DNA of 45,496 nucleotides from a virus (taxonomy: Duplodnaviria; Caudoviricetes): positions 1-45,496 of the IMG/VR virus record IMGVR_UViG_3300044210_000025; one strand, 5' to 3'. The notes below the pieces were generated by a model that saw only the letters and a program-made list of their open reading frames with translations, was not told the DNA's origin and made no database searches. Positions within the stretch are counted from its first letter, which is position 1. Each line of letters opens with the position of its first letter. Position numbers and translations under genes: made by a program. Below, one piece after another: positions 44,985-45,496 of the stretch.

Positions 44985-45347
44985 TTACAGCCTCGTGTTG
45001 GACCAGTCCTGCTGGCCCTGTTGCGCCGGCTGCCCTGTACCGTACAGGCGCGACCACATCTGCTCGGCAGGACCGAACGCGGACTGGGCCTTCTTCAGGT
45101 CATCGACGTGCTGAGCGTAGCTCGATTGCGACATGGCTCGAAGGTTCGCCATGATTTGGTCGAGGTTCTGCTTCTGCTGCTGGGTGGCCTGCTGGCGCTT
45201 CTCGTTGGCGTAGGCTCCAAGCCCCCAACCAGCGATTCCACCAGCAAGCGCGCCCCAGCCTCCGCCAGCCGCACCGCCGGCAACCGCTCCGGAAGCCGCG
45301 CCGGAAAGGCCGGCTCCGCTGAAAATGTCGTCAAAACCGAATGCCAT
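44985..45347 (-). CDS. Small Gly-rich ejection protein (P22 gp7-like position)
   Basis: MAFGFDDIFSGAGLSGAASGAVAGG..., glycine-zipper-like; directly follows the gp10-like gene across the junction. Confidence 0.65.
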   Translation of the reverse strand: MAFGFDDIFSGAGLSGAASGAVAGGAAGGGWGALAGGIAGWGLGAYANEKRQQATQQQKQNLDQIMANLRAMSQSSYAQHVDDLKKAQSAFGPAEQMWSRLYGTGQPAQQGQQDWSNTRL

Positions 45348-45496
45348 GGTTATGCCCCCAAGGTTTCGAATTCCTCTTGAGCTGAGACGAAGGAGAACCC
45401 ATCGCTTCCAGCGTACTGCAATTTCCATTGACGGGCGCGATAAACGCCCAACGACCGAACCTGCTCGCACGGCTGTGGGCTCGGCGAGATCGGAAT
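45301..45496. repeat. Terminal direct repeat, right copy
   Basis: Matches 1-196 with two mismatches. Confidence 0.97.

Noticed and set aside
1-45496. Genome-wide stop-codon reassignment
   Set aside because: Core genes are intact under the standard code and TAG, TGA and TAA all act as stops; only one in-frame amber was noticed.

Overview
The window is an apparently complete, circularly assembled genome of about 45.3 kb from a GC-rich tailed dsDNA phage with P22-like podovirus architecture; bases 1-196 recur at 45301-45496. The minus strand carries lysis, packaging, head and short-tail genes (18865 to 50) and continues across the contig junction into ejection-protein and small late genes (45347 to 36297). 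The plus strand carries an early operon (19578-35705) with an ERF recombinase, an SbcC/SMC-like ATPase, a ParB-like protein, a DnaA-C-terminal-domain protein and an SF2 helicase. I could not recognise an integrase, DNA polymerase, primase or tRNA. Four features stand out. (1) Five mosaic paralogues of an Imm5-like, Ala-repeat gene are each bounded by direct repeats of the ribosome-binding motif GGAGTGA, like gene cassettes, and surround the ERF gene. (2) A ~490-nt, heavily base-paired, apparently stand-alone non-coding RNA lies at 35.8-36.3 kb. (3) A sigma-54-type promoter precedes a nearly leaderless peptide and a structured leader containing eight GCAAG motifs. (4) A tandem RNA hairpin motif sits in the capsid-operon leader. 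All family calls come from motif recognition by eye and all RNA folds are manual; no searches were run.
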